This document shows, piece by piece, positions 50,801 to 64,000 of a stretch of DNA of 64,000 bases. The notes beneath the pieces are model-generated. The model was not told the DNA's origin and searched no databases. It was given only the letters and a program-made list of their open reading frames with translations. Source of the stretch: Takakia lepidozioides (lineage: Eukaryota; Plantae; Bryophyta); contig CM060732.1 of the NCBI GenBank assembly GCA_030704615.1, positions 7,068,001 through 7,132,000 of the forward strand, read 5' to 3'. The position numbers were made by a program, and so were the translations under genes. Each line of letters starts with the position of its first letter. Within the stretch, counting starts at the first letter, position 1.

Positions 50801-53640
50801 AGAGGTGGTGATGGTGCTCGTGCTGCAGATGTCGTGAGCTGCCAATCCCTGGAGTGTTTAAGGCTCTTGTGAACGCCGCCTCTGCGGGTTCTTTAAGGCA
50901 ATGGCGGTGGTTTAGAGATGAGGGAAGATTCACTGCCTCTTCTGTCTGATTTTTTGCTGCACAGGGGAACATAGGCAGTGATGGCTGAGGTATCGCCTGC
51001 CTTGTTGTGGAGTTTCCCTAGGAGCCCTCCCCTGGATCATTGATGAATGGCGACGCCTTTGTGTAATCCAAGGAAGTCTCTGTTCCCTATATAAACCCTA
51101 CCTTGTGTGACAAAGCTCTCTTTTCTTGCTCATTTGACAAAGCTCTGCTTTGGTTAAGGTATCTGTGTTGTGGTGCTGGTGGAGGCCTATCTGCACGGCT
51201 GGGTTTGTGGAGCAATGGCCACCATCCCCCAAACAGTTAAAAAGGTTCTCTTTTCTGTTTGTATTGCTTCCCTGCGATTGCTGGTGTTCTCTGTACTTAG
51301 TTTCATGTGTATTTGACCTCGATAGCAAGTGTGGAAGCCTGCCATTCACCTCGTGCATCATCACTAACTCACAACTCGTTGTGGTTGTTTTTGGGACGGG
51401 CACATGTGAGGGCTTCCACTTAATATGTTGAATGCTAGGTGCTGCAGGATGCCAAATGGGTTGCAGAGCTATGGAGGTGGTTGTTGGCCATGGATTCATC
51501 TTAAAATGTTGAAAAACTAAACTACTCTATGGTTTTGCTTGATCCTACCTCCTTTGTTTTATCTTTGAAGAACAATATGGTGCTATTTATGGTGGGTAGT
51601 TTCTTCCAAGCAAATGGAAGGCCCCTGTTTTGCTGCAACAGCCGAGCCTATGGTGGTTTCTGTATAACACACATCTGATTTTTGGGCCTTAGTGTACTTT
51701 GCCTCTGTTTCCGGCCACTCGGCTGCCAATGTAAAAGGGCAATGACATTTCTGATCACTGGTTTTTGAAGCTACCAGGGAGTTTAAAAATGACTTCTCCC
51801 CTGGCATGGTGTAGAAACATGGTCAGATTGGATGTAAATGTGGGGTCTTGGCAGTGTCGTGTGTTGTCATGAACTATTTTTGCAGTGTCATGTGTTTGCT
51901 TTGCTGGGTCATAAACCTTGATTTTCAGCTGCAGCAATGTTTAATGGTGGTGGGGCAACCTGGAGATGGTTAACCAGGGCTGTCCTCTGCCCTTTTACAG
52001 GCTGTTAGCATAGTGTTTTGCCAAACCATGGCCTTGCAATGCAGCTTATAGTGTAGAGGTGATTTGGAATGATAAGGTACCAATACTGGGCCTTTGTTCC
52101 AGGCTATTCTATGGACCAGTTTAAACAGATACTAGCATGAAGGATTATTTAAATCTGAGGTACCCAAGTGTTGTATGTGTTTAGATCGAAGATACCCATG
52201 TGAACAAAGAGAGAGAGAAAGAAGACTCCGGCCGAGGTGTAACTAAGAGCCATTTCGCCTTTCGGCTACTGCCCCCTGTCAGGGGTGGGCCCTATATGGC
52301 TTTGAACATCTGGATTCCAGCCCTGGAAATGACCTGCCAATGGGATTTCTTTCCTATAAAAGGGCAGTCAGCACCGATTGTTGACACTTTGATTCCAGCC
52401 TGTTGTTGCTATGATTTAAACCCAAATACCAACATGATGCCCATGAGGTATGATTATGAACATTTGGATTCCAGCCTTGGATTTTAACATATGGGCACCA
52501 ACCAAACTTGTTATGAGCCTATGGGCACCAACGGGGCACCAACATGGTACCCATGTGGTGTGATTCTGAACATCTGAATTTGGTGTGATTATGAACAAAT
52601 GGCACTTAGCTTCCAACCTGTTGACACTCTGATTCTAGGCTGTTTGTGCTTTGTTTTAAACCAAATACCAACATGATACCCATGTGGTGTGATTCTGAAC
52701 ATCTGGATTCCAGCCTGTCGACACTAACCTTGATATGACCTGCAACTCAGTGAGGTACAGTACCCTAATGTGGGTTCCAGCCAGTGTATGATCTACAACA
52801 CAATGGAGACAGAGTGTGGCTAACATGTAACACAATGATGTACAATGTTGCCTATAAACACTTTTTTAAATTGAATGAAGGGAAGGTGTGGCTATGCGCC
52901 CACCATCCCACCCATACCTCTGATGCTAATCATGATTCTTGCTGATGCTGAATCATTATCTTAACCTAGTCTTTGGTTTTTATAAATTACTGACATGGAC
53001 ACATTATAATGCATGAAGGTAATTCTGGTTGTTCCAGCTTGGTGTTGATGGATGGTGTCATTGAAAAATGGCTGATATGTCTCTTTATTTTTCTGACAAA
53101 GACCCTAGTGGTCTTGTCCTTGTCTTGACATGACAAAAGTATCTTCCCTCGTCTCTCCCCCTCTCTCCCTCTGTCCTATCAGGATGTGGAGAGTGGAGAG
53201 ACAGGGAGAGAGAGGGAGTGTTGAGGGGAAAAAAAAAGTGGTGGGGGGGGGGGGTGGGGGTGCAACAGTTGCTCAGACACTCCCCCCCACCTTATTTTTT
53301 ATCTTATTTTCCTCTACACTCCCTCTCCCTCCCTCTGTCCCTCTAGTCCCTCTCTCTCTCCCCCCCTCTCCTCTCCTTTGTGCTGCTAAAAAAAAAACAA
53401 AACCAGAAGGTCGGGGGGGGGGGGGGGACTCTGCAGCAGCAGACCCTGCAGTTCCCACCCACCCCCCTCCCCTCTCCCCAACCTTTTGATTTTTTATTTC
53501 CATCAGGATGTGGAGAGAGATGGAGAGAAGGAGAGAGGGACTGTTGAGGAAAAAATACATAAAAAAGAAGGTGGGGGGGGCGGGGGGGGCGACTAAGCAG
53601 CAGCAGCTCTCTCTCTCCCTCTCTCTCCCTCTCTTTGATC
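44810..53640. repeat. Further diverged ~3-kb repeat family units
   Basis: 44815-45260 aligns with 51120-51550. The unit end gac..gaccctag..gtcttgacatgaca...tatcttccctc occurs at ~32390, 46270 and 53095. The motif tcacctcg.catcctcactaac...gggacggg..caggtgag recurs at ~45045, 48825 and 51345, with a diverged copy at ~31090. Confidence 0.75.
50318..50720. repeat. Five tandem ~79-bp subrepeats
   Basis: (c)tgtccgtcgggttc-type core at ~50350, 50428, 50508, 50588 and 50666, each unit with a ttttcatc...ggat partial palindrome. Confidence 0.9.
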
Positions 53641-53999
53641 TTGATGCTGCAAGTTATTACCATTTTCTTTCTTTCTAAGAAAAATGATATATCCTTTGTT
53701 TAAACTTGACAATGCAGATTACCGCATTTCTTATCTCTAAGAAAGGTAATGATAGCTTTATTCCTCTAAATAACCAGCTGCACACTTTTCCTGGTGCTGA
53801 GAATTATTGAACTGGCATTGAGGCATTGGCTATATATATTTTTATATATATAGTTAGATTGGTGTCTAGTTCTGTAAAGATCCATGTTTTTTATTCAACG
53901 GAAGTTTGAGAGCATAATTTACCTATGCGAACTTATAGATTGATGTCCATTGCCATAATATTTATGGTAACATACCCTTTGGTGGCTTCAGGTTTTCAC

Positions 54000-54487
54000 C
54001 AGTGTTGGACTGGTATCAAGTTTTTTACATACCAGTCTGGTCCTGGTACCAGGTGTATCACAAAGTTTTCATACCAGTTTGGTCTATATAATGGTGGATG
54101 TATATTTGTCCAAATACTGGTATGAGTATGAGTATCATGACCACAATACCAGCTGGTATGGGGTATCAACTCTGGTATCATCCTTTATGTGTATTGTATT
54201 TATATTCACTTGATATTTGCTATTTGATAAACTTGTAATTCAGGATGGCTTTAGAAGTAAATATACATAAATACAAATGTATAGGCAAATGTACACATAA
54301 ATTAATATGGTACACATACCAGAGTAAATGAGGTAGACTACGGGGGAGTACTGGTATTGTGGCTGGTATGAAAAAACTGATACCAGCCTGGTCTGGTATA
54401 TGACCAAGTATTCTCCCAAACGATACCAGAGTGGTCTGGTATCTAATACCAGTGCATATACCAGTACTTTATACCAGTCCAACACTG
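54000..54487. mobile_element. hAT-family MITE
   Basis: TIR CAGTGTTGGACTGGTAT / ATACCAGTCCAACACTG; 8-bp TSD gttttcac / gttttgac (7 of 8); subterminal ctggta/taccag repeats. Confidence 0.88.
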
Positions 54488-54569
54488 GTTTTGACCCTTG
54501 GATGTGCTTTGTTACATTCACGACAGACCATCTACAGACTAAACTACCCTGCAGGTCATAATGTAGATC

Positions 54570-55210
54570 GGGAATACTCTACCATCAATATATAAAGGAA
54601 GCCAGTTTGTTTGTATTGTTTGTTTTGTAGCGTTGAGATGTCCCAAACCGCAAGGCCCCAGCCCTGGTGCTTGGTACCGTTGGAAAGCCCTCGATGAGGA
54701 GGGGTGCACCGGCTTGGTCTCATGATTTTTGGACCTGCTGTGTCGGAGATGTCGAATTTCAAGTACTATTGGTTGAGGGAAATTCGCGAAAAATAGCAAA
54801 GTGGGCTTTCCTGGGACAATGATTGGAGCCTCGACGGGAGATATCGATATATGAAGCGAGACGTTTGTTTTGTTTTGTTTTGTGTGTTTGTAGCGTCATT
54901 GAGATCTCCCAAACCGCGTGGCCCAGCCCCGGTGCTTGGTGCCGTTGGAAAGCCCTCGATGAGGAGGGGTGCACCGGCTTAGTCTCATAATTTTTGGGAG
55001 ATGTCGAATTCCAAGTACTTTTGGCCGTTGGAAATTCGGGAAAAATAGCAAAGTGGGCTATCCTGGAGCAATGATTGGCCCTTCATGTGGCAGATTTGGA
55101 ATTTCAAGTACTTTTGGTCGCTGGAAATTCGCGAAAAATAGCAAAGTGGATATATCAATAGATTAAGCCTCGACAGGGGAGATTGCAAAAATAGCAAAGT
55201 GGGCCTTGTT
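54570..55210. repeat. Dispersed repeat with internal duplications (gaaagccctcgatgaggaggggtgcaccggctt; gaaaaatagcaaagtggg)
   Basis: Two copies of the first block (~54600-54810 and ~54855-55060) and four copies of aaatagcaaagtgg; class not determined. Confidence 0.7.
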
Positions 55211-55249
55211 GGAACAACGACGGTGGAGATCTCTCTGCAAACCGCAGGG

Positions 55250-55830
55250 TCTAGATGCATAGGGGATTGCACTTGGACTTAGATGACATTGGACACTGGA
55301 GGTCGCACTTGGGCCTCTACATGGGAGAAGCACTTGGATACATAGGAAATTCCACTTGGGCTTAGATTTCAATTCTTCACACATGGGCCAATAGCACATG
55401 ATACCCTAGATCTCCCAAACATGAGGGTCTTTGGATAGATAGGGGATTGCACTTGGACATAGATGACACTTGACACTTGGGCCAACGGCACATGCTCTCC
55501 TAGAGGTCGCATTTGGGCCTCAACATAGGAGACGCACTTGGATACATAGGGTATAGATTTGGATTTAGATGACACTGGACACTTGGGCCAATGGCATAGG
55601 CTACCCTAGGGGTCGCATTTGGGCCTCGACATAGGAGACGCACTTGAATACATAGGAAATTGCACTTGGTCTTACATTTCAATTCTTCACACATGTGCCA
55701 AAGGTACAGGCTAACGTAGAGGTTGCACTTGGGCTTCGACATAGGAGACGCATTGGGATACATAAAATATCTTACACTTGCGCTTAGATGACACTGGACA
55801 CTTGGGCCAACGGCACAGACTACCCTAGTC
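55250..55830. repeat. Degenerate short-period satellite (gcacttgg / atacatagg / agatgacactggacacttgggcc motifs)
   Basis: Repeated shuffled modules of about 20-60 bp. Confidence 0.75.
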
Positions 55831-56275
55831 TTAGTGACACCTCAAAGTATGTAGCGCTCCTTGCCATGATGGCATATATGGCTAAACTTTGGGTCGAAGG
55901 GTTCCTTGTAGGACCAAACTGTTTCTGGACATAGAATGGTGATACGTTACCATACTGATTTGTCAAAGTCCTTTTGGCCCTTGCAAAGTTTGTAACACGT
56001 CTTTTCATGATTATGTACGAGGCAGTTACTGGGATGGTTGTTTTTCCTGGAAGACCAAGGGTTTTCTGACAAGGTAGGCCTCCATAAGTTGCGCGCGTAA
56101 TACCAGGGACGAGAAGCCCAAGCGTGAATGAGTTTGTGATGGTGCAGACTTCAGGGATTTGAATGGGTGTTCTCTGTTTCTTTTTCCCTAGGTTGCATCT
56201 ACCCCTGCAAAATGAAGAACTTCCTTTCTGGGAAATGAACACTCAACTTGCGTTTACGGACAAGAAGGTCCATAC

Positions 56276-57155
56276 CAGTGTTGGGCGGTTCTTGCATTTG
56301 TGAAGGAACCTTCGGTTCTGGTTCCAAAATTATTTCAAGAGACGGTTCCGGATCCGGTTCCGGTTTTTTTTATTGAGCCGGTTCCGGATCCAACTTGTAA
56401 ACATGGGGGCGGTTCCGGTTACCGGTTAGTTGCTGATAAAAACCATCGGTTCCGGTTAGGTTCCGGTTCTATTTTAAAAATATATTTGTTTAATTTAATT
56501 AGATTTAAAATATTTTATCAGTCCGGTAGATTAAATAGCAGTGTATTCACATATTTGAACTAAAATCCAACGATTTTGTTAGTTTTCACTAACACAAAAA
56601 AACAAACAAAAATACTCTAAATAAACTGGTAGAAGAAAATGGGTAAAATTTTATGGGTTGAAAGTACTATTCAGCTACCTGGCAAGTATTGGCATCTTCA
56701 AACATTTTATTAATGAACTTAGCCAGGATATCATGGAGCTGGAGATTGAACCCAAGATCTCATGGTGCTGAAGCATTGAACATAGAATCTCATGGCCTTC
56801 AAGCATTGAACCCAGGATCTCAGGAGCTTAAGAGCATTAAATAAGTTTTTCCCTGGGCCCACCAGCCCCCCCAAGGGGTCAAGAACCAAGAACCAGACTT
56901 AGAAGCGCTTTGGTAGGTACTAGAGACATTTAGGGCTACAGCCCACGGGTGGACCGGAACCGGAACCGCTTTGGAGCTGGAACCGCCAGTTCCCACACAT
57001 GTGGTCGTAGCTGGAACCACCGGTTCCGGTTCCCACACAATCCCCAATGAGCGGTTCCGGTTCCGGTTCTGCACAGGCGGGTCCGGTTCCGGTCCGGTTC
57101 CACATAACCGGAACCGGCGGTTACCCGGGCCCAGGCGGGTAACCGCCCAACACTG
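56276..57155. mobile_element. hAT-family non-autonomous element
   Basis: TIR CAGTGTTGGGCGGTT / AACCGCCCAACACTG; perfect 8-bp TSD gtccatac; dense subterminal GGTTCC/GGAACC repeats. Confidence 0.93.
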
Positions 57156-57759
57156 GTCCATACCTTTGTCGCAACCTGGTTGGGCGTGAAGATCATCCCT
57201 ATACCGCAGGTGACTTGGCACTGACAGGTTACAAGGTCTAGAATCAGGATCTTGTTTGTTGGGCGTGTTGAATGAAGATTTCCCTTATGCACACTTGCCT
57301 GGTTTTTTGTCCATGCAAGACGTGTAACACATCACCTGATGATGATGTATGAGGCAGCTTATGGGGGCGGCCGATTCTCTTGAGAGATTGAGAAGTTTCT
57401 GACATTCATGCCTATGCACTGTCAAAAGTAAGGGGCTTATAGGATAGTGCAATTCTGCAGGAGCACTTCCCTCTTATGCGGAAGTACTTCTTTCCTACAT
57501 TCTCCCTCTTCTCGTCTTCATTTTGTTGCGTTCTTGTTTTGGCAATCGCTTGCCTTGCTTAGCGTAGTGTGCGCACTTTGGTGGCTGCTATCTGACTCAG
57601 AACAACGATGTCGCAGGCTGCAAACCTCCCGCAAGTTTTTAAGGTTCGATGAACTACTACCTTGCTGAGGTTTTGGTTCTAAGGAACTTGGAAAAATATT
57701 GCATGAAACATAGTACTGGTGGTTGCTTTGGAGCCCTAGGACCTGCTTGAGGTGAACAT

Positions 57760-58560
57760 CCATGGATGTGGTTCTGGCTACCAGAGTTATGGACTCTGTT
57801 GACACGGTGTCCGCAAGCGCCTGGTTTATATTGGCAACGCGTAGTCGATTGAGTATTTCCTTGGCAGGCGGGGCCGATCCGTTCAAACTATGCGTGTGTG
57901 GTTCAAACTTGATAAGTCGGTCGAGGACCCGGATATGGGGCTTATTGCACCATTGAGTGTAGATGCTCGGGTTTTTGCACATAAGTAAGGCCATGCCAGA
58001 GTGCCTGCTCTTCTGCGTAGGCGCAATTTTACTGAAATGAACTTGTATCAGGTTGTCTTTGCCAAAGATGACCCGGAGTGTTGCTTCTGTGTCAATCTGT
58101 GAGTGCAAAGGGTTGAGACCCTTTACAACCAAAGTGAGCGCGTCTCGCTCAGCGACAATTTCCTGTGGGGTAGCAGATACCCAGTCATACTGGTTTGACG
58201 AGTTTGGAGTTGCGGCTTGATCAGTGTGTGCTCAACGCGGATTCCCTGCAGAAGCATCCGTTGTTTAGTGTCCTCAGAAGCCAAGTATATGAAGCAGTAT
58301 TTAGAATCGGGACCAGTTTTATGCATATGTAAGATTTCGAACTCGTCTCCATGCAGGTATGTTTCCATGATCACGTGCATCAGTAATTTGTATCCGATTG
58401 TGCCTTGCAGAGACTCGCTGCCAACGTACAGGGAAAGGTAGTCGGAGGAGGCAGGTAAGTTGTAGGCCTCCTCCACTTTCCCCTGCATGGGAATTCCCGA
58501 GGCCATCTCCATAACGAAGGCGCGGTTGCCTTTTAAGAGCGCAATGCCATCAGTCGCAGG
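57760..58560 (-). pseudogene. Degenerate RRM-like ORF, probably LINE ORF1
   Basis: YCFIYL...QGIRV....IKP and LVVKGLN...TLRVIFGKDNLIQVHF...HSGMALLMC.NPSIY...IKFEPH..SLNG resemble tandem RRM-like ORF1 proteins; frameshift near 58170. Assignment is from pattern only. Confidence 0.5.
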
Positions 58561-60059
58561 GTGGAGGAGCTCAATTTTGAGAAGCCCATACCATAGTTTG
58601 CTACCGCTTAGTATAAGTCGTGATCGGTGAATACAAGATGTTCCCCAAAGGAATATTCATTTCTTCAAACCTTTTCTTGGCTCGGTAGAGTGCCAATTCC
58701 TCGGGCATATCTGCATAGCCCACTACTACAGAAACCCGGTTTTTCCAACACCACCCATAGTTCACACCTGGCACTTTGAACAGCTCCTCTTACACCCATG
58801 TGAGAGGAGGCAAGGTGTGATCTGGACCATTGTAGGAAAACCCACATGGTGTTACAAATTTCACACTCCAATGACACCCATATGGTCAACGGGTGTTGAC
58901 CAAGATAATGCATATGGGGCATTTGACATGAATGTGAAATGAGTCATGGAGTGTGAGGTTAGTATAGGAATTTGGGGCAACTATATGGCGTGGCACATTG
59001 ACCATCCAGGTGGAAGATAGATGGATGAAATGACTTCCACCTCTATTCAACATGCCTTGGACGACATAACACATAGACTTTTGTTTAGAGAATTTAAAAG
59101 TTCAAAAATGTTATTAGGGTTATGGGGTCTGCATGTAGATGGTTGTGGGACTTGTAGTTTTTCTTTGCCGGCTCGTTTAGAATCTGAATGCCCACCAGTG
59201 CAGGCCATCCATTTAAGTTGATGCCAAAATGCATTTTCATCCAAACATCAAAGCTCTCAAAATAGACAACCTCAAGTAAAATGAGAAGGAAATCGGCAGA
59301 ACCGAAAGGGCATAGAATTCTCTTCAATATTGAACACTGCCTGCAACTATTGGCTATAACTTGCCCTCTGTCCTATCACATATAATCCCTTCGGGAACCA
59401 GCAATCCAAAAACATGCACTGCTCATGCAGTTGACGACAATATCGTTATGAGAATGTCACACTATAATCAACAATGTACAACAATTGCTTTGAGAAGCTA
59501 TAGATAAAACTACCTCATGTCGTCTCAGAGATTTGTGAGCGCCAAAAATGTCAATCCCATTTCTGTCCAGTCAACCTTGACACGCAGTTCGGGACACGCA
59601 GCAGAGAGGGCGTAGGCGCATGTGCACAACAACCCTAGGCCCCTCACAATGAGACAGTCTGAAGCTGAGCTGAGCACGAATTTCAATCTCTACTAGTCCA
59701 ACCGTACTAGAGAAATATCCAGTGATCCTCAGACAAGGCTTTCTTCACCACCTTACAAAAATTGTTCCCAATGACTACCTCCCTGTCCACATTGTTGCTT
59801 GATGTCGAGAAGCTTGGACAAAGTGCCTTGCTCTTTGTGACTGGCTCCCTTTTTGAGACAGCAAGGTTTTTTTTTGACGGGTGTACTTCACTCACAACCG
59901 TCTTTTTTACACTACGTCCGGGATATCAATGATCGCCCCAGCCTGAAATGTTGCCCCACCCTATCAAGCGCCAGTGTTTTTTAACCAGTGCTTTTCAACT
60001 CGTCTGCTGAGGGCCCCACTTTCTCCCCTCTACTGGTACATATCAAAATCACTCCAAGA

Positions 60060-63000
60060 GCCATAGTGTTGGAAAACTGCCTTCGCATCCTTGATGCTCC
60101 CACATTTGCCATACATGTCCACGAGGGCACTGTCCAGAATCACAATCAGGTACAATTCCAGCTTTGACAATGAAACCATGGACCCGATCTTCCCTTTTCC
60201 AGAGCTGGCAAGCTTGCCCTTGATGCTCCCACATTTGGCGTACATGTCCACGAGGGCATTGTTCAGAATCACATCAGGTACAATTCCAGCTTTGACAATG
60301 AAACCATGGACCTCTTCCCTTTTCCAGAGCTGCCAGGCTTGCCCTTCATGCTGACACATTTGGCATACATGTCCACGAGGGCATTGTCCAGAATCACATC
60401 AGGTATGATTCCAGCTTTGACAATGAAACCATGGACCTCTTCCCTTTTCCAGAGCTGCCAGGCTTGCCCTTGATGCTCCCACATTTGGCATACATGTCCA
60501 CGAGGGCATTGTCCAGAATCACAGTCAGGTACAATTCCAGCTTTGACAATGAAACCATGGACCTGATCGGAACCTTTTCCAGAGCTGGCAGGCTTGCCAT
60601 TGATGCTCCCACGTTTGGCATACATGTCCACGAGGGCATTGTCCAGAATCACAATCACGTACAATGCAAGCTTTGACAATGAAACCATAGACCTGATCTT
60701 CCATTTTCCAGAGCTGGCAGGCTTGCCCTTGATGCTCCCACATTTGGCGTACATGTCCACGAGGGCATTGTTCAGAATCACATCAGGTGCAATTCCACCT
60801 TTCACAATGAAACCATGGACCTCTTCCCTTTTCCAGAGCTGCCAGGCTTGCCCTTCATGCTGACACATTTGGCATACATGTCCACGAGGGCATTGTCCAG
60901 AATCACATCAGGTATAATTCCAGCTTTGACAATGAAACCATGGACCTCTTCCTTTTTCCAGAGCTGCCAGGCTTGCCCTTGATGCTCCCACATTTGGCAT
61001 ACATGTCCACAAGGGCATTGTCCAGAATCACAATCAGGTACAATTCCAGCTTTGACAATGAAACCATGGACCTGATCACAACCTTTTCCAGAGCTGGCAG
61101 GCTTGCCATTGATGCTCCCACGTTTGGCATACATGTCCACGAGGGCATTGTCCAGAATCACAATCACGTACAATGCAAGCTTTGACAATGAAACCATAGA
61201 CCTGATCTTCCCTTTCCCAGAGCTGGCAGGCTTGCCCTTCATGCTCCCACATTTGGCATACATGTCCACGAGGGCATTGTCCAGAATCACAATCACGTAC
61301 AATGCAAGCTTTGACAATGAAACCATAGACCTGATCTTCCCTTTCCCAGAGCTGGCAGGCTTGCCCTTCATGCTCCCACATTTGGCATACATGTCCACAA
61401 GGGCATTGTCCAGAATCACAATCAGGTACAATTCCAGCTTAGACAATGAAACCACGGACTTGATCTTCCCTTTTCCAGAGCTGGCAGGCTTGCCCTTGAT
61501 GCTCCCACATTTGGTATCCCTAAAGCATGGACCTAATCTTCCCTTTCCCAGAGCTGCCAGGCTTGCCCTTCATGCTAACACATTTGGCATACATGTCCAC
61601 GAGGGCATTGTCCAAAATCACATCAGGTACAATTCCAGCTTTGACAATGAAACCATGGACCCGATCTTCCCTTTTCCAGAGCTGCCAGGCTTGCCCTTCA
61701 TGCTGAAACATTTGGCATACATGTCCACGAGGGCATTGTCTCGAATCACATCAGGTATAATTCCAGCTTTGACAATGAAACCATGGACCTCTTCCCTTTT
61801 CCAGAGCTGCCAGGCTTGCCCTTCATGCTGACACATTTGGCATACATGTCCACGAGGGCATTGTCCAGAATCACATCAGGTATAATTCCAGCTTTGACAA
61901 TGAAACCATGGACCTCTTCCTTTTTCCAGAGCTGCCAGGCTTGCCCTTGATGCTCCCACATTTGGCATACATGTCCACAAGGGCATTGTCCAGAATCACA
62001 ATCAGGTACAATTCCAGCTTTGACAATGAAACCATGGACCTGATCACAACCTTTTCCAGAGCTGGCAGGCTTGCCATTGATGCTCCCACGTTTGGCATAC
62101 ATGTCCACGAGGGCATTGTCCAGAATCACAATCACGTACAATGCAAGCTTTGACAATGAAACCATAGACCTGATCTTCCCTTTCCCAGAGCTGGCAGGCT
62201 TGCCCTTCATGCTCCCACATTTGGCATACATGTCCACGAGGGCATTGTCCAGAATCACAATCACGTACAATGCAAGCTTTGACAATGAAACCATAGACCT
62301 GATCTTCCCTTTCCCAGAGCTGGCAGGCTTGCCCTTCATGCTCCCACATTTGGCATACATGTCCACAAGGGCATTGTCCAGAATCACAATCAGGTACAAT
62401 TCCAGCTTAGACAATGAAACCACGGACTTGATCTTCCCTTTTCCAGAGCTGGCAGGCTTGCCCTTGATGCTCCCACATTTGGTATCCCTAAAGCATGGAC
62501 CTAATCTTCCCTTTCCCAGAGCTGCCAGGCTTGCCCTTCATGCTAACACATTTGGCATACATGTCCACGAGGGCATTGTCCAAAATCACATCAGGTACAA
62601 TTCCAGCTTTGACAATGAAACCATGGACCCGATCTTCCCTTTTCCAGAGCTGCCAGGCTTGCCCTTCATGCTGAAACATTTGGCATACATGTCCACGAGG
62701 GCATTGTCTCGAATCACATCAGGTATAATTCCAGCTTTGACAATGAAACCATGGACCTCTTCCCTTTTCCAGAGCTGCGAGGCTTGCCCTTCATGCTGAC
62801 ACATTTGGCGTACATGTCCACGAGGGCATTGTCCAGAATCACATCAGGTATAATTCCAGCTTTGACAATGAAACCATGGACCTCTTCCTTTTTCCAGAGC
62901 TGCCAGGCTTGCCATTGATGCTCCCACATTTGGCATACTTGTCCATGAGGGCATTGTCCACAATCACAATCAGGTACAATTCCAGCTTTGACAATGAAAC

Positions 63001-63425
63001 CATGGACCTGATCAGAACCTTTTCCAGAGCTGGCAGGCTTGCCCTTGATGCTCCCACATTTGGCATACATATCCACGAGGGCATTGTTCAAAATCACATC
63101 AGGTACAATTCCAGCTTAGACAATGAAACCATGGACCTGATCTTCCCTTTTCCAGAGCTGCCAGGCTTGCCCTTCATGCTAACACATTTGGCATACATGT
63201 CCACGAGGGCATTGTCCAGAATCACAATCAGGTACAATGCAAGCTTTTACAATGAAACCATGGACCCGATCTTCCCTTTTTCCAGAGCTGGCAGGCTTGC
63301 CCTTGATGCTCCCACATTTGGCATACATGTCCACGAGGGCATTGTTCATAATCACGTCAAATACAATTCCAGCTTTGACAATGAAACCATGGACCTCTTC
63401 CCTTTTCCAGAGCTGCCAAGCTTGC
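60060..63425 (-). repeat. Tandem satellite of ~125-130-bp monomers derived from a PLS-PPR motif, with a 968-bp higher-order duplication
   Basis: acatgtccacgaggg-type core recurs at 60113, 60242, 60367, 60492, 60622, 60751, 60876, 61001 and onward (about 26 units). Units translate to EVHGFIVKAGIVPDVILDNALVDMYAKCGSIK. Identical ORFs recur 968 bp apart (60903/61871, 61076/62044). Confidence 0.95.
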
Positions 63426-64000
63426 ACACGCACTGCAAACGCACACAAATGTGTTGTGGTCGGGCTTCATCCCTTCCCCCATCATTTGGTCATGATAGGT
63501 CTCCAAAGGCTCCATCCCACTTCACTGTTGTGCACATCCTGCAAGCATCGCGCTCCACGACACCACATCTTGTTCAGCCATAGTGTTGAACACTCCCTCC
63601 GCATCCTCAATGCTCTCACATATATTTGGCATACATGTCCACGAGGGCATTGTTCAGAATCGCATCTGTTACAATTCCAGCTTTGGTGATGCAACCATGC
63701 ACCACTTTGCCCTTTTGCAGGGCTGCCAGACTTGCACACGCACTGCAAACGCACAATCTTGTTCAGCCATAGTGTTGAACACTCCTTTCGCATCCTCAAT
63801 GCTCCCACATTTGGGCATACATGTGTCCACCAGAGCAGTCATGTTCAGGATGACATCTGGTACAATTGCAAATTGTCACGATGGATCTCTTTGCCCTTTT
63901 CCAGGGCTGCCAGGCTCCCACACTCACTGCCAACACACACAAATGTTATGTGGTCGGGCTTCACCCTTCCCTCATCATTTGCTCATAGGTCTCCAAAGCC
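63425..64000 (-). pseudogene. PLS-class PPR pseudogene, continuing beyond the window
   Basis: Frameshifted P-L-S motifs (ALETYEQMMREG.KPDHITFVC, DAKGVFNTMAEQD, WSAMLAGCAQQ) contiguous with the satellite. Confidence 0.85.

Noticed and set aside
58600-59950. Short minus-strand ORFs
   Set aside because: No recognisable domain or consistent frame; probably decayed repeat sequence.
60030-63583. Functional PPR gene or CRISPR-like array
   Set aside because: Monomer lengths are mostly not multiples of three, P motifs are missing, and there are no unique spacers or cas genes.

Overview
Repeat-rich eukaryotic nuclear DNA from a streptophyte plant. GT-AG multi-exon genes and PLS-class PPR motifs point to a land plant; a bryophyte-like genome is my guess, not proven. 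Two host genes are convergent: the 3' part of a TTC39/IML2-like TPR gene (+, ~6.1-9.2 kb) and a complete DExH1/DHX36-like RNA helicase gene (-, 10.4-22.3 kb). The rest is mostly mobile DNA: three copies of one LINE family, a truncated Ty3/gypsy element directly upstream of the helicase, a non-autonomous CACTA element carrying PPR fragments, two hAT MITEs with TSDs, a ~3-kb repeat family with foldback heads, and a satellite built from a PPR motif. The main finding is an 11.3-kb insertion (33496-44809; TGTC...GACA ends, TCTT TSD, cleanly splitting a host repeat). It contains a Ty3/gypsy retroelement whose Pol reads protease - C5 DNA cytosine methyltransferase (DNMT3-like, catalytic motifs intact) - RT - RNase H - integrase - start of a PHD finger. 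It also carries an unexplained intact 249-aa ORF upstream of gag and captured intronless host-gene copies (a thylakoid TPR protein and a kinesin-13 fragment). This copy is a pseudogene, and I could not find a matching LTR pair.
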